DNA of 64,000 nt from Nitrosopumilus sp. (GTDB lineage: Archaea; Thermoproteota; Nitrososphaeria; Nitrososphaerales; Nitrosopumilaceae), in contig OZ252243.1 of the NCBI GenBank assembly GCA_965249555.1, forward strand, positions 2,016,001 to 2,080,000, read 5' to 3'. The translations under genes and the position numbers were made by a program. This document shows positions 61,596-64,000 of this stretch, one piece after another. The notes beneath the pieces were generated by a model. That model was not told where the DNA came from. It did not search any database and saw only the letters and a program-made list of their open reading frames with translations. Positions within the stretch are counted from its first letter, which is position 1, and each line of letters starts with the position of its first letter.

Positions 61596-62556
61596 TTTTC
61601 TCTATCATTTTAAGGTCTTTTTTAGCCTCATTTCCATCCATCGTCAGATATCCTGCAGTGATAATCCCATTTGCACCACTTTGAAGTAATTCTTCACCAG
61701 AATCATCAAGATTTGTTTCTCTTCCACCAGAAATTTTGATGACTGATTCTGGTAAGAGAAATCGGATCACAGAAAACATTCGAATAATCTCTGAATTAGA
61801 TAACTCTGTTTGCAATTCAAGTGGAGTTCCAGGCATTGGCACTAACATGTTAATTGTCACTTCTTCAGGGTATAGTCTGGATAATTCTAATGCTAACTCT
61901 CGTCTCTGTTCTCTTGTTTCTCCAAGTCCGATAATTCCCCCAGTGCATAACTCTAATCCTGCATCTCTTGCAATTTTTAATGTCTTTAACCTATCTTCAT
62001 ATGTATGCGTAGTACAAATTTCGGAAAATTTTGATTTTGCAGTCTCCAAATTATGGTTGTATCTTTTTACTTTGAGTTCTTTTAGCTTTTTTGCTTGTTC
62101 TTGTGTTAGAAAACCTAAACTACATTCTATAGTTATTCCAACTTTATCATTAACTTCAATAATTATTCTACATACTTTATCAAAATCTTTTGGTGATGGT
62201 TCTCTCCATGCTGCAACTAGACAATATGATTCGGCACCTTCATCTTTTGCTTTTTGAGCTTTTTCAACTATTTCTTCAGGTGTAGGTAATTGGTATGTTT
62301 CAATTCCTGTATCAAAAAAAGCAGATTGTCCACAAAATGTACAGTCTTCACTGCATGCATTTTTTTTAATATTGTTTAACTGCTCCACATCTACCCTATC
62401 TCCATTAAAATCCCTGGTGATCTCATTTGCATAACTTGCTAAATCTTTTAGATTTTCATCTGGAATATTAAATAATTTTTCAGCATCTTCTGATGATATT
62501 CCAATTCCAGAAAATACTTTTTCCTGACACTCTTTGATAAACTCTAGAGTATTCAC
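61579..62556 (-). CDS. bioB: biotin synthase
   Basis: CSEDCTFCGQS, YNHNLET and C.GGIIGLGE motifs; start inferred. Confidence 0.96.
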   Translation of the reverse strand: MNTLEFIKECQEKVFSGIGISSEDAEKLFNIPDENLKDLASYANEITRDFNGDRVDVEQLNNIKKNACSEDCTFCGQSAFFDTGIETYQLPTPEEIVEKAQKAKDEGAESYCLVAAWREPSPKDFDKVCRIIIEVNDKVGITIECSLGFLTQEQAKKLKELKVKRYNHNLETAKSKFSEICTTHTYEDRLKTLKIARDAGLELCTGGIIGLGETREQRRELALELSRLYPEEVTINMLVPMPGTPLELQTELSNSEIIRMFSVIRFLLPESVIKISGGRETNLDDSGEELLQSGANGIITAGYLTMDGNEAKKDLKMIEKIGLKA

Positions 62557-62629
62557 AATTAACTTCAACAATTTTTCATTAATAACACTAGTGGAAAGGT
62601 TAACCTTTGTGGTTGTAGGGGGTTAACGG

Positions 62630-63946
62630 TTAAACTACCTTTGATTTTGCAGTCTGAATTGTTTTTATTGTCCTATTTAGGAGCAAATCCAGTTCTTTTT
62701 CTGAAATTGCCAGTGGTGGAACAAGCATGACGATGTTTCCTAGAGTTCTAAGATAGATTCCATTCTTTTTACCCTCTTCAAAAAATATCTTATTGATTGA
62801 TTTTTTAGGATGAATTGGAGTTTTTTTCTTTTTATTAGTCACTAATTCAATTCCCATCAACATTCCTTTGTGTCTAACATCTCCTACAATATCGATTTCT
62901 GAAATTTCTTGATAAAAATTTTCAAAGATTTTTGATGTTTTTTGAATCTTTTTGATCAAATTATTTTTTTTATACATTTTGAGATTTTCATTTGCAACCG
63001 CTGCTGCAATGGGATTTCCTGTGTATGTATGACCGTGAAATAGATGCTTCCAATCATTAAATTCACCTAAATACGAATCATAAATTTTTTTGTTTGTCAA
63101 GGTTGTAGCCATTGTTAGATATCCACCAGTTAACATTTTTCCATAAGCAACAATGTCTGGAATACTTTTTTGTTCTTCATACTGTATCATGGAACCTAAT
63201 CTTCCAAAACCAGTTGCTATTTCATCTAAAACAAATAATACATCATATTTTTTACAAATCTGGCTGATTTTTTTCTGAAATCCTTTTGGATAAATCATAA
63301 CGCCTCCTGCTACTTGTGCACCACTTTCCATTACAAAAGCTGCAATGTTACTACTTTTTGAGATTTTTTTTTCAATTTTTTCTAAACAATAGTTTTGATA
63401 ATCTAAAAAAGTAAATCCTTTGGGTATTCTGTATTTGTTAGGAACTGAAAATTGTATTGTTGAAAATAATTGTTTTTTAAATTTACCAAAAAATTCCGGT
63501 ACAAATCCTACTGACATTGCTCCAAATGTATCTCCATGATATCCATTTTTTAGTGTGGCAATCTCTGTTTTCTTTTCATTTCCAATGTTTTTCCAGTATT
63601 GTAATGCTAGTTTGATAGCAATCTCCATTGCAGTAGAACCATTATCAGAATAAAAGACTCTGTGCATTCCTGGAGATATTTTTACTAGACTTTCTGCAAG
63701 CCTCTCTGCAGGCTCATTTGTGAGATTAAACATGGAAGAATGCTGCAGTTTTTTACTCTGATTTGTAATGGCTTTCACTAATTCTGGATTAGAGTGTCCC
63801 CATACATTGCACCACATTGATGCTACTCCGTCAAGCATTTTGTTGCCTTTAGTATCAATTAACCACACTCCTTTCCCTTTGGTGATTGTATCAAACGAAT
63901 TCCATTCTTTCATCTGAGTGTTTGGGTGCCAAATAGAACTTTTCAA
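62630..63946 (-). CDS. bioA: DAPA aminotransferase
   Basis: IWHP.TQM, SDNGSTAMEIA.K, YHGDT.G, DEIATGFGR and HGHTY motifs. Confidence 0.96.
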   Translation of the reverse strand: MKSSIWHPNTQMKEWNSFDTITKGKGVWLIDTKGNKMLDGVASMWCNVWGHSNPELVKAITNQSKKLQHSSMFNLTNEPAERLAESLVKISPGMHRVFYSDNGSTAMEIAIKLALQYWKNIGNEKKTEIATLKNGYHGDTFGAMSVGFVPEFFGKFKKQLFSTIQFSVPNKYRIPKGFTFLDYQNYCLEKIEKKISKSSNIAAFVMESGAQVAGGVMIYPKGFQKKISQICKKYDVLFVLDEIATGFGRLGSMIQYEEQKSIPDIVAYGKMLTGGYLTMATTLTNKKIYDSYLGEFNDWKHLFHGHTYTGNPIAAAVANENLKMYKKNNLIKKIQKTSKIFENFYQEISEIDIVGDVRHKGMLMGIELVTNKKKKTPIHPKKSINKIFFEEGKKNGIYLRTLGNIVMLVPPLAISEKELDLLLNRTIKTIQTAKSKVV

Positions 63947-64000
63947 CTGATTTTGTAAGATTACAGATCTTAATAATTAACCGATAAAGTTAATCAACTA

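Noticed and set aside
61736-62257. 173-aa plus-strand ORF and other antisense ORFs over core genes
   Set aside because: Shadow ORFs opposite well-supported genes, with no recognisable motifs.

Overview
AT-rich archaeal DNA from an ammonia-oxidiser-type genome (Nitrosopumilus/Nitrososphaerota-like, inferred from gene content and order). Core genes include purF-L-Q-S, purK/E, purC, tatC/A, ubiX, thiolase/DUF35, a threonine dehydratase, the S10/spc ribosomal cluster, psmA, an ESCRT-III/CdvB paralog, ccdA/redoxin, bioF-B-A, tRNA-Phe and tRNA-Asn. Accessory patches lie at about 1.9-2.6 kb, 10.2-13.6 kb (FN3 surface protein), 26.8-29.8 kb (IS remnants plus a GNAT toxin) and a nested IS island at 51.97-60.1 kb. 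The main discovery is two related archaeal IS110 (IS1111-type) elements whose non-coding ends fold into two-loop bridge/seek-RNA-like structures. In element A (55120-56437; partial copy 59037-59544) the target-loop guides GGTATGT and GGTTGATA spell the terminal inverted repeat of the co-resident IS66 element, and the donor-loop guides spell its own end junction. Both A copies sit in IS66-end sequence. Element B (left ends at 2220 and 53258, right end at 59543) carries a similar RNA upstream of its transposase, with a guide that differs between copies, and one B end interrupts a copy of A. A 36-bp IS66-derived mini-element can be rebuilt by removing an IS630-bounded composite transposon carrying hicBA and IS110-A. 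Ribosomal protein S3 carries a perfect 14 x 21-bp tandem repeat. All structures were read by eye; no folding or database search was run.
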